From contig JBBIGR010000020.1 of assembly GCA_037447435.1 (NCBI GenBank), forward strand, positions 10,850 through 74,849: 64,000 nucleotides of DNA, given 5' to 3'. Below, in pieces: positions 49,092 to 59,768 of this stretch. The notes below the pieces were generated by a model. That model saw only the letters and a program-made list of their open reading frames with translations. It was not told the origin of the DNA and did not search any database. Position numbers and translations under genes: made by a program. Every line of letters begins with the position of its first letter. Position 1 is the first letter of the stretch. Origin of the DNA: Fibrobacteria bacterium (GTDB lineage: Bacteria; Fibrobacterota; Chitinivibrionia; Chitinivibrionales; FEN-1185).

Positions 49092-51373
49092 TGCTGATCC
49101 TTGTTTTCATCATTTGCCAAGGGCGGCGGTACAACCTCTTTGTGAGCCAAACAATTTTCGCATAAGGCGCGGGCTTCCTGTAAGGCCTTTTCCAAGCGTT
49201 TGATGCGATTGATATCCACGAATGTAACGACCGCACCGCCGATGAAATTATCACCGGTGCGGTAGGGCGTAATCCGTACCCGGTACCAAGAACCGTCGTG
49301 CGTACGGATTTCGGTTTCCTTATACGCCAAGGTCCTTAAAACCTCGAGGCAGTCCTGCCCAAGACCGTCGTATTCCATTTCGGATACCAAATCGCCAAGC
49401 GGCCTGCCGACATCGGTCGGTATGAGTTTTATCAACTTTTTCGTTGGCTCGGTATAGCGTTTGATTTTTAAACCGTTATCTAGAAACAACGTGGCGATTT
49501 CGGTGCTGTTGAGAAGATTCTGCATGTCGTCGTTGGTTCGCGAAAGCTCGTCGACTTTCAATTGCAACTCCGTATTGACGATAAATAGTTCTTCGTTGAG
49601 CGATTGCAATTCTTCTTTGGACGTTTCCATCTCCTCGTTGGTGCTTTGGAGTTCTTCGTTTGTCGATTGCAGTTCCTCGTTCGCCGATTTAAGTTCTTCG
49701 TTGGACGTCTCGAGCTCCTCGATTGTTGTTTTAAGCGATTCCTTTGCATTACGCAATTCGCGGGCAAGCTTTTCCGGGGTAAAATTCCGGGACGTTTGCT
49801 TGATTTTTTTTCGAGGCTGAATCGTTTGCGGAGGAACATTGACAAGGGAGGTAACCGGAACGGGGGACGAATCATGAATGGGTAAAGCGGTTTTTTGCAA
49901 CGGCATTTTTAGCAATACGCTTTTGACCAGCGTTTCTTTTCGGCGGTAAATTTTCCATTTTTTGTCTATTGTGTCGAAAATGCCGGTATTGGTTCCCACG
50001 GTTTCCGAAGTCCCGAGCATGAGTATCCCCTGCGGCTTTAACGAATATCGGAAAATAGGGAAAAGGCGTTTCTGCAGATCCGAATTAAGGTAAATGAGCA
50101 GATTTCGACACGAAAGCAAATTGAGACCGGTAAATGGCGGATCTTTTATGATATTTTGCTGGGCGAAAATTACCATTTCCCTGATTTCCTTGCGGATTTT
50201 ATACGTTTGGCCTTCAACCGTGAAATAACGCGCAAGCCGCTTTGGCGAAACAGCGGCGGCAATCGTGGCGGGATATATGCCCCGGCGGGCAAATTCTATT
50301 GCCTCGTTATCCAAATCCGTTGCGAAAATCTGGACAGGCACTGACCTATTTAATTTTATCATGGATTCACGAAGCAGAATCGCCAGACTATAGGGTTCTT
50401 CTCCGGTTGCGCAACCGGGAACCCAAACCCGAAACGTTTCGTTGGCGGAATGGAAATTCGCCAGGTCGGGCGCGATGATATTCATTAAGGCATCAAACGA
50501 TTCATTGTCGCGAAAAAAACTCGTTACGCCTATCAATAGCTCCTTAAAAAGAAGCGAGAGTTCATGAGGGTTTTCCTGTACGTATCGAAGGTATTTATCC
50601 CCGTTCGGGATTAAAAGCACCTGCATTCGTCTTTCGATGCGCCTGCGAATCGTGCTCGTTTTGTACGACGAGAAATCGTGCCCGAGCTTTATCTGCAGCA
50701 TGGTTAAAAGCTTTTGAATAGGCCGTTTCATTTTTTCGGGAATTTCATTGGCTTCGGGGGTGCGTCTTTTACCGGCGACGACATTTTCAAAAGGTAAGAG
50801 GTAGCCGGGCATTTCGGACGGCGGCAGGATATAGTCTGCCATTTTCGTCGCAATCGCGTTTGCCGGCATTCCGGCGTATCGGGCCGATTTTATTTCCTGT
50901 ACCATGGTCAGGCCGCCCGCACTCTTTATCTCACGAAGGCCGTCGGAGCCGTCGGTGCCGGTGCCGGAAAATACGATGCATGCCGCTTGTTCTTTTCGGT
51001 CAATGGCGAGCGAGCGAAAAAAGAAATCGATGGGATGGGGAGGAATCTCATTGGGCGGTCCGTCCATAAACTGTAATGTCGCATCGATGACGGCAACATA
51101 ACCGCCGGGCGGCCCGATATAAATTTTGTTTTTTTCGAGTCGCATTCCGTTTTTGGAAAGCAATACGGGAAATTTCGCATATTTTTCGAGAATTTGGGGT
51201 AATAAGGTCGTTTGGCCGGGGTGTTGATGAGAGATAACGACAAACGCAATGCCGCAATCGGGTTCGACGTTTTTAAAAAAGGCCTCAAGAGCCTCGAGCC
51301 CGCCGGCCGACGCGCCGATTCCGACGATCGGAAACCCTGAGCGCGAACGTCGTTTTCCACTAGCGCGGCCCAT
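49088..51373 (-). CDS. CheB/CheR fusion with coiled coil and PAS
   Basis: GASAGG, GTDG (CheB); VTSFFRD, GCATGEE, CRNLLIY (CheR); ELQSTNE heptads; start reset to ATG 51373. Confidence 0.93.
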   Translation of the reverse strand: MGRASGKRRSRSGFPIVGIGASAGGLEALEAFFKNVEPDCGIAFVVISHQHPGQTTLLPQILEKYAKFPVLLSKNGMRLEKNKIYIGPPGGYVAVIDATLQFMDGPPNEIPPHPIDFFFRSLAIDRKEQAACIVFSGTGTDGSDGLREIKSAGGLTMVQEIKSARYAGMPANAIATKMADYILPPSEMPGYLLPFENVVAGKRRTPEANEIPEKMKRPIQKLLTMLQIKLGHDFSSYKTSTIRRRIERRMQVLLIPNGDKYLRYVQENPHELSLLFKELLIGVTSFFRDNESFDALMNIIAPDLANFHSANETFRVWVPGCATGEEPYSLAILLRESMIKLNRSVPVQIFATDLDNEAIEFARRGIYPATIAAAVSPKRLARYFTVEGQTYKIRKEIREMVIFAQQNIIKDPPFTGLNLLSCRNLLIYLNSDLQKRLFPIFRYSLKPQGILMLGTSETVGTNTGIFDTIDKKWKIYRRKETLVKSVLLKMPLQKTALPIHDSSPVPVTSLVNVPPQTIQPRKKIKQTSRNFTPEKLARELRNAKESLKTTIEELETSNEELKSANEELQSTNEELQSTNEEMETSKEELQSLNEELFIVNTELQLKVDELSRTNDDMQNLLNSTEIATLFLDNGLKIKRYTEPTKKLIKLIPTDVGRPLGDLVSEMEYDGLGQDCLEVLRTLAYKETEIRTHDGSWYRVRITPYRTGDNFIGGAVVTFVDINRIKRLEKALQEARALCENCLAHKEVVPPPLANDENKDQQ

Positions 51374-51610
51374 GCAGTGTCCTTTAAAAGAAAATGGAAA
51401 AAAAGAATCCCCGGGCAAATTTACAAATAATATTGCGTCGATGAGTTTGTCTGTCAAAAATCCAAGGATATAATAATTTAATATTCTCAGGGCACTGCGT
51501 CAATGATAAAACCGGCAGGAGGGTACGCGATCATGTTAAGTATTCCCAAAACTAAAAACAGGTTCTTAAAAATGGGAAAAACAACGTAGCGTTAAACCGT
51601 CTCCGACTTT

Positions 51611-51658
51611 CTTCGACGATTCACCCTATAGATTTTATTGGAGAGCGAATCGCCGAAG
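51611..51658 (-). other. RNA hairpin 3' of the small secreted-protein gene
   Basis: 17-bp stem that pairs fully, with three G-U pairs, only on the minus strand; no U tract. Confidence 0.5.
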
Positions 51659-51694
51659 TAATTCTGCGCACTTTTTGCATTTACGGGAAAGCGA

Positions 51695-52078
51695 TCAGTA
51701 TTTTTCTTTTTTTGCTTTTGCAGCCATTTTTTCCACGATTTTTGTGGCGGTTTTCTTGCCGTCCATCATTTTCCACGTCACGGTCACTTCGGCATCGGTT
51801 TTAATGTCTCCCAGACTGACGGCTTTCTTACCGCTCAGTATCTTTGCATTTGCGTCTACCATAAGCGAATCTTCCATTTTTTTCGTTTTTACAACGATCA
51901 TATTTGCTGCGGCATCAACCGATACGACCTTACCCGATGCCGTCATTGATGCTGCTTTTTTTTCGGCCTTTTCCATTGTTTTTGACTCCGACTTTTCCTC
52001 GGTTTTAGTCCCTTCCATTTGCGCGAAAATTAGTCCTGTACATGCAAGAACAGCTATGGTTACTTTTAAGAATTTCAT
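51695..52078 (-). CDS. Small secreted Lys-rich protein, probable OB-fold
   Basis: AAGGAG SD, signal peptide, GKVVSVD...VSLGDIKTDAEVTVTW. Confidence 0.78.
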   Translation of the reverse strand: MKFLKVTIAVLACTGLIFAQMEGTKTEEKSESKTMEKAEKKAASMTASGKVVSVDAAANMIVVKTKKMEDSLMVDANAKILSGKKAVSLGDIKTDAEVTVTWKMMDGKKTATKIVEKMAAKAKKEKY

Positions 52079-52383
52079 ACCTTCTCCTTTGAATTGTGCG
52101 TTTCCGATTTGATTTTTGCTTATGTAAACAATACAGTACTTGTTCCGGGATCGATGATATTTTTTTTCGCATCCGGCGGTTATGAGGTGCTTTGAATCAT
52201 GGAAAAATCCTTTCTTAAAAGGGTGGAACAAAAGGGATTGATTCTTGGGCGAGCAGCGATACCTAATCAATTTCCATATGAATTTTAAACGGCTTGCCGT
52301 TTTCCGTGTATCCTTCAATTTCATTCCAGTTTTATTTCGCAAATTTCAGGCCAATAAACGGTTATTAAAATCTGAAAACCATG

Positions 52384-52399
52384 TGGCATGCAATTTGCG
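52384..52399 (+). promoter_or_regulatory. sigma54 (-24/-12) promoter
   Basis: TGGCATGCAATTTGCG = GG-N10-GC, upstream of the SOD-like/RND operon. Confidence 0.7.
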
Positions 52400-52547
52400 A
52401 AACATTTTTATGAGTAAAACCCGCATATCATGCCGCTAAAATGATGGAAATGTCCCGTATGCGGAACTCGGGTGTTTTTATCGAGAACGCGAAAACATTG
52501 TCAAAAGATAAAGAGACGAAAACCGAATGAAATAAGAGGAGAATGCG

Positions 52548-53306
52548 ATGCGAGAAAAAGAAACATCGTTATTCGAAAAAAATATTCTGAGACGGGACGC
52601 AATTGCGTCTCTGGGGGCAATAGCGGCTGCGGCGATAGGCAGTTTGTCTAAGGATCGCGGCACCGAACCCGCGCAGCTCGTACCGTTGTCTATAGGAAGG
52701 CATCATCCTCGTAATTTACCGTTCGATCCGGCCGTGCTTTTTGGCATTTCGGGAACATTGATACGACAACATTGGAAAAACATATATGCCAAAACAGTGA
52801 GAAATCTCAATAAGATCGAAAAGCAGCTTTGCAGCGCTGCGGAAATTCCCGGCTTTGTCGTTTCATGCCTTAAAGAACATGAACTCTGCTATGCAAACTC
52901 GATGATCCTCCACGAGCATTATTTCGGCAATTTGGGCGGAAACGGGATAATGCCGGCCGCAGTATCAAAGGCCATCGTGCAATGTTTCGGGAGTCTTGCA
53001 AAGTGGAAAGAGCTCTTCACCGTCACGGCGATGAGTTTGGTCGGCAGGGGCGGATGGGCAGTACTGGGAATGTGCTTTCATACGGGAGATCTTCGTGTTT
53101 ACTGGTCAAGTAGCCATTCGCAATCGTTGTCGTTCGGGCAACCGCTGGTGGTCCTTGATATGGACGACCATGCATACCGTTTGGATTTCGGTGAATGCGC
53201 CGATGGGTATGTCGCGGCATTTATGAACAACCTGAATTGGGAGGAAGTGAATGCCCGGTTTATACGCTCGGTATCGGCATTAAAGGCGATTCGCGGGACT
53301 ACGTGA
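52548..53306 (+). CDS. Fe/Mn superoxide dismutase-like protein (ChrC-type) with Tat-like leader
   Basis: RQHW, NSMILHEHYFGNLGG, GGWA, LDMDDHAY, NLNWEEV; LRRDAI leader. Confidence 0.85.
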   Translation: MREKETSLFEKNILRRDAIASLGAIAAAAIGSLSKDRGTEPAQLVPLSIGRHHPRNLPFDPAVLFGISGTLIRQHWKNIYAKTVRNLNKIEKQLCSAAEIPGFVVSCLKEHELCYANSMILHEHYFGNLGGNGIMPAAVSKAIVQCFGSLAKWKELFTVTAMSLVGRGGWAVLGMCFHTGDLRVYWSSSHSQSLSFGQPLVVLDMDDHAYRLDFGECADGYVAAFMNNLNWEEVNARFIRSVSALKAIRGTT

Positions 53307-53345
53307 AAAACGCGTAGTGTTGCATTTATAAAAGGAAAAACAATT

Positions 53346-53879
53346 ATGCACGCGACAATGTTCGTTGTTTTTATCGCCGTTATGTCATGTTTTGCCCAGG
53401 TGAAAAAAAGCATACTGGACACGACAATGAGCGGCATGCACATAGAATTGCACATGGACAAAGCGGAATCGTTATTCACAAAAGAGCAGGCTTCGGGCGG
53501 GGCTGTGAAAGAAGGAATGCTGATTTTGGGCGGCGCAGAGCCCCTGCTTCCCAACGCCGAGATAAAACCGAACATTCATTTGGGACTGCATATATTCGAT
53601 GTCAAGTCGACTGCGGCAATCACAAACGCGAAGGTTGAAATGAGCCTGCAACGACTCGATACCGAAGGAAACCAAATGGGCGGTCCGATCGAAATCCCCG
53701 TGGTGGTGATGGAGACGCTCGGAAAAGGCGTTCAATCCACTCATTACGGCAACAACGTCGTTATGCTGGACGGTCCCTACGTTGTTTTTGTATCTATCAA
53801 CGGAAAGAAATTGAAATTCACCCTGAACAGGCTTTATACGCCGAATGTCCCGATACAATATATGGACATGCATGAGTAG
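53346..53879 (+). CDS. Secreted protein, possibly P19/Tp34-like metal-binding
   Basis: Signal peptide; IHLGLHIFD and THYGNNV motifs; Met/His-rich. Confidence 0.65.
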   Translation: MHATMFVVFIAVMSCFAQVKKSILDTTMSGMHIELHMDKAESLFTKEQASGGAVKEGMLILGGAEPLLPNAEIKPNIHLGLHIFDVKSTAAITNAKVEMSLQRLDTEGNQMGGPIEIPVVVMETLGKGVQSTHYGNNVVMLDGPYVVFVSINGKKLKFTLNRLYTPNVPIQYMDMHE

Positions 53880-53908
53880 AAACGACACTTCGATGGGTAC
53901 ATGATTTC

Positions 53909-55426
53909 ATGAAAAAAAACGCCCGTAGCACCCTTTTAATAGGGAGCGTGTCTCTGTGCATCGTTGCGGCAATCGCCGCGGGATGTTCCCTGACCAAGCA
54001 GCGTATTTACGGAAACGCATGCACCTCTGTGCGACCCCAACAAGCCTGGATTCCGCCGGACAAAGTACGGCATCGGCAGGAGGAGTTTATCGCTGCGGTC
54101 GAAAGAAATGGTAAAAACACACCTCGATTTCCCCCGCATCTTCTTGAAAAACCGAACAGCCTTTCATTAACGGACATAATCGCCGTTGCGCTCTTAAATA
54201 GCAAGCAGACGTCGTTTGCCTGGGACAATGCCGTTTCCGCGCTTGCCGCCTATCGAAGCGAACGCGGTTCGTATTTTCCTTCCATAAGCGCATCGGCGAG
54301 CGCCGGAAAGCAAAAAAGCGTCGCGTCCGGTACGAAAAGCACGTACGAGACAACGGTTTTTTCGCCGCTTGTCGGTTTGACATGGTTACTGTTCGATTTC
54401 GGAGGGAGGGAGGCGTCGGTTGATGCGATGCGCGAAGCGTTGTTTGCGGCCGATTTTACGCACAACGCATCGATACAAAATGTAATACTGCAAGTTGATC
54501 AGGCATTTTACGATTACTATGCGGCAAAAGCACTGTTGCAAGCGCAAGAGGGCAGCGTGGACGAACAGCGCGCCAATTTGACCGCATCAGAGGACCGGCA
54601 TAGCGCCGGATTGGCGACGATCGCCGATGTTTTGCAGGCGAGAACCGCGATGTCGCAATCGTTGTTGACTCTTGAGACCTTGCAAGGCCAAATCCAAACC
54701 GCACGCGGCGTGCTTGCAACCGCAATGGGGCTGTCGGCGGACGTCGGCTTCGACGTATTGCTTCCCATAGGCGAACCGCCGCTTGACAAAATAAATATGT
54801 CGGTAAAGGACTGCCTCGACACGGCGATCAGATTCCGTCCCGACCTCGCCGCTTCCCGCGAAACAGCCATGGCCGCCGCAGCGCATGCGAAAAACGTCGG
54901 AGCGCAATTGTATCCGTCGATAACTGCCGGCGGCGGCGTGGGGGAGCTTTACTACCAAAATACGGCGGGAGGAAGCCAAATTTACAATGCGAATGTCGGC
55001 GTCACCATACCCCTGTTTTTCGGGTTTTCGCATTATTACAATGAACAGGCCGCAAAAGCGCAGGCGAACGCTGCTGTTGACGCAATGGAAAATACCAAGG
55101 ACCTGGTCGTGCTGCAGGTATGGACAAGCTATTACAACCTTCAAACCGCACAACAGGTCGTACTCACCAGTAACGATTTACTTTCGAGTGCGTCGCAAAA
55201 TCACGATGTTGCCATCGGGAGGTATAAAGCGGGCGTCGGAACGATCCTCGATCTTCTCACCGCGCAAGCTGCTCTTGAAAGCGCACGCGCCCAGCAAGTA
55301 TTGGCCCGTGCGCAATGGTACAAGGCTTTTGCACAGCTTGCGCACGATTGCGGCATGCTGACCCCGGATGGAAAAGGGATGATCACACCCGCCCCCAGCG
55401 ATCCTTTAAAGGGGAAAAAACAATGA
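53909..55426 (+). CDS. TolC-family outer membrane efflux lipoprotein
   Basis: AAGC lipobox; FPSIS, LFDFG, GLATIADVLQA, GTILDLLTAQ repeats. Confidence 0.92.
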   Translation: MKKNARSTLLIGSVSLCIVAAIAAGCSLTKQRIYGNACTSVRPQQAWIPPDKVRHRQEEFIAAVERNGKNTPRFPPHLLEKPNSLSLTDIIAVALLNSKQTSFAWDNAVSALAAYRSERGSYFPSISASASAGKQKSVASGTKSTYETTVFSPLVGLTWLLFDFGGREASVDAMREALFAADFTHNASIQNVILQVDQAFYDYYAAKALLQAQEGSVDEQRANLTASEDRHSAGLATIADVLQARTAMSQSLLTLETLQGQIQTARGVLATAMGLSADVGFDVLLPIGEPPLDKINMSVKDCLDTAIRFRPDLAASRETAMAAAAHAKNVGAQLYPSITAGGGVGELYYQNTAGGSQIYNANVGVTIPLFFGFSHYYNEQAAKAQANAAVDAMENTKDLVVLQVWTSYYNLQTAQQVVLTSNDLLSSASQNHDVAIGRYKAGVGTILDLLTAQAALESARAQQVLARAQWYKAFAQLAHDCGMLTPDGKGMITPAPSDPLKGKKQ

Positions 55427-56562
55427 TTCATGCAAAGCAACTCCGTTTATCCGGCATGTGCGGCGCTGCCCTCGTTTTCGGTACGGCACTCGTGCTTATG
55501 TGCGCAAAAGGCCCTGCGAAACAGCAGAATGCCCCGGCAATTCCGGTCGTGTCGGTATCTGCCGGACAAATGGATGTTCCGTTGGAATTACGCGACATCG
55601 GTACTGTCGAGCCGTATTCGACCATTGCCGTGACGTCGCGGGTTGGCGGGGAGCTTATGCGTGTGGGATTTTCGGAGGGCCAGGATGTTTTCATGGGAGA
55701 AACCCTTTTTCAAATAGACCCGTCTCCGTTTGTCGCCTCCCTGGCGCAGGCGCAGGCGACCGTGAGCCGCGACCAGGTCGTGTTGGCAAATGCACAAGCG
55801 GATGCCGGCAGGTATAAGGACCTCATTGCAAAGGAATTTGTCACGCAACAGGACTATGAGGCGAAAATGTCGGCCGCGGACGAGGCAAAGGCAACTGTCG
55901 AGGCGGATTCGGCAATGGTTAAAAATGCCCGGCTCAACCTTGGTTTTTGCACCATTTGCGCGCCGATGTCGGGCAGGACCGGCAATTTGCTCGTCCAACA
56001 GGGAAACCAAGTCGCTGCAAACGGGCCGAACCCGCTTGTCATCATAAACCGTATCGTTCCGATTTATGTTCGATTTACCGTTCCCGGACCACAATTGCCG
56101 GAAATCCTTCGTCAATCACAAAACGAAAAGCTTACCGTATGGGCATATGTGCCGCCCGATTCTGCAACGCGATACGACGGCGTGCTTACGTTTGTCGATA
56201 ACGCCGTAGACGAGGCGACCGCAACGATCACGCTCAAGGCTACATTCCCTAATGTCAAAAAGACCCTGTGGCCCGGGCAATATGTTCAAGTGGGACTGAT
56301 TCTGGGCACATTGCGCAATGCCGTTGTCGTGCCCGTCTCGGCGTTGCAAACATCCCAACAGGGTGAGTTCGTCTATGTCGTCTCTTCGGGGGATTCGGCG
56401 CAGCTGCGGGGGGTTACCACGAAAACAAGGTACAAATCCATGGGCGTAATCGATACCGGGATACGTCCGGGAGAACGGGTCATAATAGACGGTCAATTAC
56501 GAGTCGCTCCGGGGACACATGTCGTGGAAAATCGCAAAGCAATGCAGGGGAGCGCACCGTGA
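55423..56562 (+). CDS. RND periplasmic adaptor (MdtA-like)
   Basis: SRVGGEL, LFQIDP, APMSGRTG, LWPGQY; start reset to ATG 55423. Confidence 0.93.
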   Translation: MIHAKQLRLSGMCGAALVFGTALVLMCAKGPAKQQNAPAIPVVSVSAGQMDVPLELRDIGTVEPYSTIAVTSRVGGELMRVGFSEGQDVFMGETLFQIDPSPFVASLAQAQATVSRDQVVLANAQADAGRYKDLIAKEFVTQQDYEAKMSAADEAKATVEADSAMVKNARLNLGFCTICAPMSGRTGNLLVQQGNQVAANGPNPLVIINRIVPIYVRFTVPGPQLPEILRQSQNEKLTVWAYVPPDSATRYDGVLTFVDNAVDEATATITLKATFPNVKKTLWPGQYVQVGLILGTLRNAVVVPVSALQTSQQGEFVYVVSSGDSAQLRGVTTKTRYKSMGVIDTGIRPGERVIIDGQLRVAPGTHVVENRKAMQGSAP

Positions 56563-59500
56563 ACCTGTCGTCGATTTTCATCATACGTCCGGTCATGACG
56601 ACGCTCATTATGGCGGGGATATTGCTTTTTGGTATTTTTGCATACCGATCGCTGCCGGTGAGCGACTTGCCGTCGGTGGATTTCCCCACGATTGCCGTGA
56701 CCGCCTCATTGCCCGGTGCAACCGCTGAGACCATGGCATCGGCGGTTGCCACGCCGCTCGAGCGGCAGTTTTCCACAATTTCCGGCATCAGTTCCATGAG
56801 CTCGACAAGCCGTACGGGAGTCACGCAAATCACGGTGCAATTTTCGCTGAGCAGAAACATCGACGCCGCAGCCCAGGACATTCAATCGGCAATAGCCGTC
56901 GCGTTACGTCAATTGCCGCCGAATATGCCGACGCCGCCGTCGTATCGGAAAGTAAACCCGGCTGACCAACCCATTTTCTACATCGCCCTCACGTCGCCGA
57001 CGTTACCGTTGTACGCACTGGACGAATTCGGCGAAACCATGCTTGCCCAGGAAATTTCGATGGTCGACGGCGTCGCGCAGGTATTGGTTTACGGATCGCA
57101 AAAGTACGCGGTACGGGTCCAGCTGGATCCCGCGGCGTTGGCGACCAGGGGCATCGGCATCGACGAGGTCGGCAAGGCGATTTCCGACGCGAACGTCAAT
57201 TTGCCCACCGGCGTGCTCGACGGTACCACAAACGCGTATACGTTGCTTGCAAACGGCCAATTATTCAATGCGGAAGCGTTCAAGAACGTCATCGTTGCCT
57301 ACCGAAAAGGCAAGGGGGTTCGTTTGCGGGAAATCGGCGATGTCGTCGACGGCGTCCAGGACAATAAAACCGCCGCCTGGTTCGTTGATAAGCGCGGCGT
57401 CATTCTTGCGGTGCAACGCCAGCCCGGTACAAACACCGTCGCCGTCGCGAAGGCCGTAAAATCGCTTCTTCCCCGGTTCCGGTCCCAGCTTCCGGCAGCT
57501 GTCGATTTACAAATGCTATTCGACCGGTCGGAAGCGATACGGGCGTCGGTCGACGATGTGAAAATGTCGCTTCTCATCGCGCTGGTATTGGTCGTATTGG
57601 TCATTTTTTTGTTTTTACGGAACGCTCGCGCAACCATGATCCCGTCTTTGGCTTTGCCGTTATCGCTTGTCGGCACGTTTGCCGTCATGTGGTATTGCGG
57701 ATTTACGCTCGATAATTTATCGTTGATGGCTCTTACCCTGTGCATCGGCTTCGTGGTAGACGATGCCATTGTCATGCTCGAAAACATTTTCCGCCATATG
57801 GAGCTGGGTAAGTCTCCCATGGAGGCATCGCTCGCCGGTTCCAAAGAAATCAGTTTTACCATATTGTCCATGACCATTTCGCTTGTCGCGGTTTTTATCC
57901 CCGTCCTGTTCATGGGGGGCATCATCGGCAGGCTTTTCCATGAATTTGCCGTTACCATTGCCGCGGCAATTTTAATCTCGGGTTTCGTGTCTCTCAGTCT
58001 CACCCCAATGCTTTCGAGCCGTTTTTTAAGACCGCAGTCCCAGGAAAAACAGGGCGTTTTGTTCAAAGCAACCGAAAAGGGGTTCGAGACAATACGCGCG
58101 GGGTACGGCAGGATCCTCGGGTGGTCTCTTGACAATAGAGCGTTGGTTCTTGGATTGTCGGTAGTCGTGTTTATCCTGACCATATGGCTTTTCGCGACGA
58201 TGCCCAAAGGGTTTCTCCCTAGTGAAGATACCGGGAGGATTGTCGGGGTCAGCCAGGCGCAGGAAGGAATTTCGTTTGACGCGATGAAAAAACATCAACT
58301 CGGGGTAATGGATGTTTTGAAATCGGAAAAAAACATCGACGTGTTCATGGCAAATGTCGGCGGATTTCTCGCTTCCAATCAGGGATTCCTTTTTATCCGC
58401 TTGGTCCCTCGCTCAAAACGAAGTCTTAGCCCCGATGAAATCATACAAAAGTTACGACCCAAGCTCGCGCAGATTCCGGGTTTGCGCGTGTTTTTACAAA
58501 ATCCTGCGCCGATATCGTTTGGGGCAACCGTTTCGCAAAGCCAGTATCAGTATACGATACAGGGTACCGATATGCCGCAGCTTTACAATGTGGCACAGCA
58601 AATGACGGCCCGTATGCAGGACTTGAAAGGACTGCAGGACGTGACAAGCGATCTGCTGATTCGCAATCCCCAGGTCACCATAGACATCGACCGCGACAAG
58701 GCTTCGTCACTCGGTATTTCGGCATTATCGATCGAATCCGCACTCGCGGCAGCCTATTCCTCGGGGCAGATTTCCACCATTTATACACCGAGCAACGAAT
58801 ACTGGGTGTTACTTGAATTGCAACCGAAATTTCAATTGGACGCGACAAGCCTGCAAATGCTGTATGTCCGTTCGTCGAACGGTGCGCTTGTTCCGCTCAG
58901 CGCCCTGGCAAAAATCGTACCCGGAATCGGACCCGCTTCTGTCAACCATTTAGGTCAATTACCCTCGGTAACGATTTCCTTTAATCTTGCCCCAGGCACG
59001 TCCTTGGGAACCGCCGTCGCGCAGGTCGAACGCCTGGGCCGGGGACTTTTGCCCCAAACCGTTACGACAAGTTTTCAGGGAACCGCCCAAGCGTTTCAAT
59101 CGTCGCTGCAAGGGCTTCTCATCCTTCTTCTCGCTGCCATTTTCGTCATATACCTTGTACTTGGAATACTGTATGAAAGTTTTATTCACCCGGTCACGAT
59201 ACTCTCGGCGCTTCCGTTTGCAGGATTCGGAGCGCTCATCACGTTGCTTTTGTTTAAAATTGAAATAAGCATTTATGCGTTTGTCGGGATCATCATGCTC
59301 ATAGGACTTGTCAAGAAGAACGGCATCATGATGATCGATTTCGCCATTCACGCGCAACAGGAAGGTAAAAAAACTCCCCGGGAAGCCATTTACGAGGCAT
59401 GCCTGATACGGTTTAGGCCCATTATGATGACCACGATGTCCGCATTGGCAGGCACGTTGCCCATTGCAATAGGTTTGGGCGCCGGCGCCGAATCCCGGCG

Positions 59501-59642
59501 CCCGCTCGGGTTGGCTGTTGTGGGAGGACTCGTATTTTCGCAATTGTTAACATTGTTCGTGACGCCGGTTTTTTATTTGTATATGGATAAACTTCAGGAG
59601 CGGTTACAAGGGAAAAGAGACCCAAAAAAACTTTCGCAATAA
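56559..59642 (+). CDS. RND efflux permease (MdtB/MdtC-like)
   Basis: RPVMTTL, VATPLERQF, GFVVDDAIV, VKKNGIM, RFRPIMMTT. Confidence 0.96.
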   Translation: MNLSSIFIIRPVMTTLIMAGILLFGIFAYRSLPVSDLPSVDFPTIAVTASLPGATAETMASAVATPLERQFSTISGISSMSSTSRTGVTQITVQFSLSRNIDAAAQDIQSAIAVALRQLPPNMPTPPSYRKVNPADQPIFYIALTSPTLPLYALDEFGETMLAQEISMVDGVAQVLVYGSQKYAVRVQLDPAALATRGIGIDEVGKAISDANVNLPTGVLDGTTNAYTLLANGQLFNAEAFKNVIVAYRKGKGVRLREIGDVVDGVQDNKTAAWFVDKRGVILAVQRQPGTNTVAVAKAVKSLLPRFRSQLPAAVDLQMLFDRSEAIRASVDDVKMSLLIALVLVVLVIFLFLRNARATMIPSLALPLSLVGTFAVMWYCGFTLDNLSLMALTLCIGFVVDDAIVMLENIFRHMELGKSPMEASLAGSKEISFTILSMTISLVAVFIPVLFMGGIIGRLFHEFAVTIAAAILISGFVSLSLTPMLSSRFLRPQSQEKQGVLFKATEKGFETIRAGYGRILGWSLDNRALVLGLSVVVFILTIWLFATMPKGFLPSEDTGRIVGVSQAQEGISFDAMKKHQLGVMDVLKSEKNIDVFMANVGGFLASNQGFLFIRLVPRSKRSLSPDEIIQKLRPKLAQIPGLRVFLQNPAPISFGATVSQSQYQYTIQGTDMPQLYNVAQQMTARMQDLKGLQDVTSDLLIRNPQVTIDIDRDKASSLGISALSIESALAAAYSSGQISTIYTPSNEYWVLLELQPKFQLDATSLQMLYVRSSNGALVPLSALAKIVPGIGPASVNHLGQLPSVTISFNLAPGTSLGTAVAQVERLGRGLLPQTVTTSFQGTAQAFQSSLQGLLILLLAAIFVIYLVLGILYESFIHPVTILSALPFAGFGALITLLLFKIEISIYAFVGIIMLIGLVKKNGIMMIDFAIHAQQEGKKTPREAIYEACLIRFRPIMMTTMSALAGTLPIAIGLGAGAESRRPLGLAVVGGLVFSQLLTLFVTPVFYLYMDKLQERLQGKRDPKKLSQ

Positions 59643-59768
59643 TGAGAAAGTTTGCAATTTGACTTTTCTTCGATTCAAAGCCGGCTTGCCCCAGAGAATA
59701 AATTCATCATTTGCTCAGGCTTGATTCGATATGCGTTTGTTACCTATGAGGTTGACAAATAGTCGCTA

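Noticed and set aside
49585..49720. 21-bp periodic repeats as a possible CRISPR or VNTR
   Set aside because: They encode the ELQSTNE coiled-coil heptads; no spacers and no cas genes
57299..58207. 302-aa minus-strand ORF
   Set aside because: Typical antisense frame of RND permease genes
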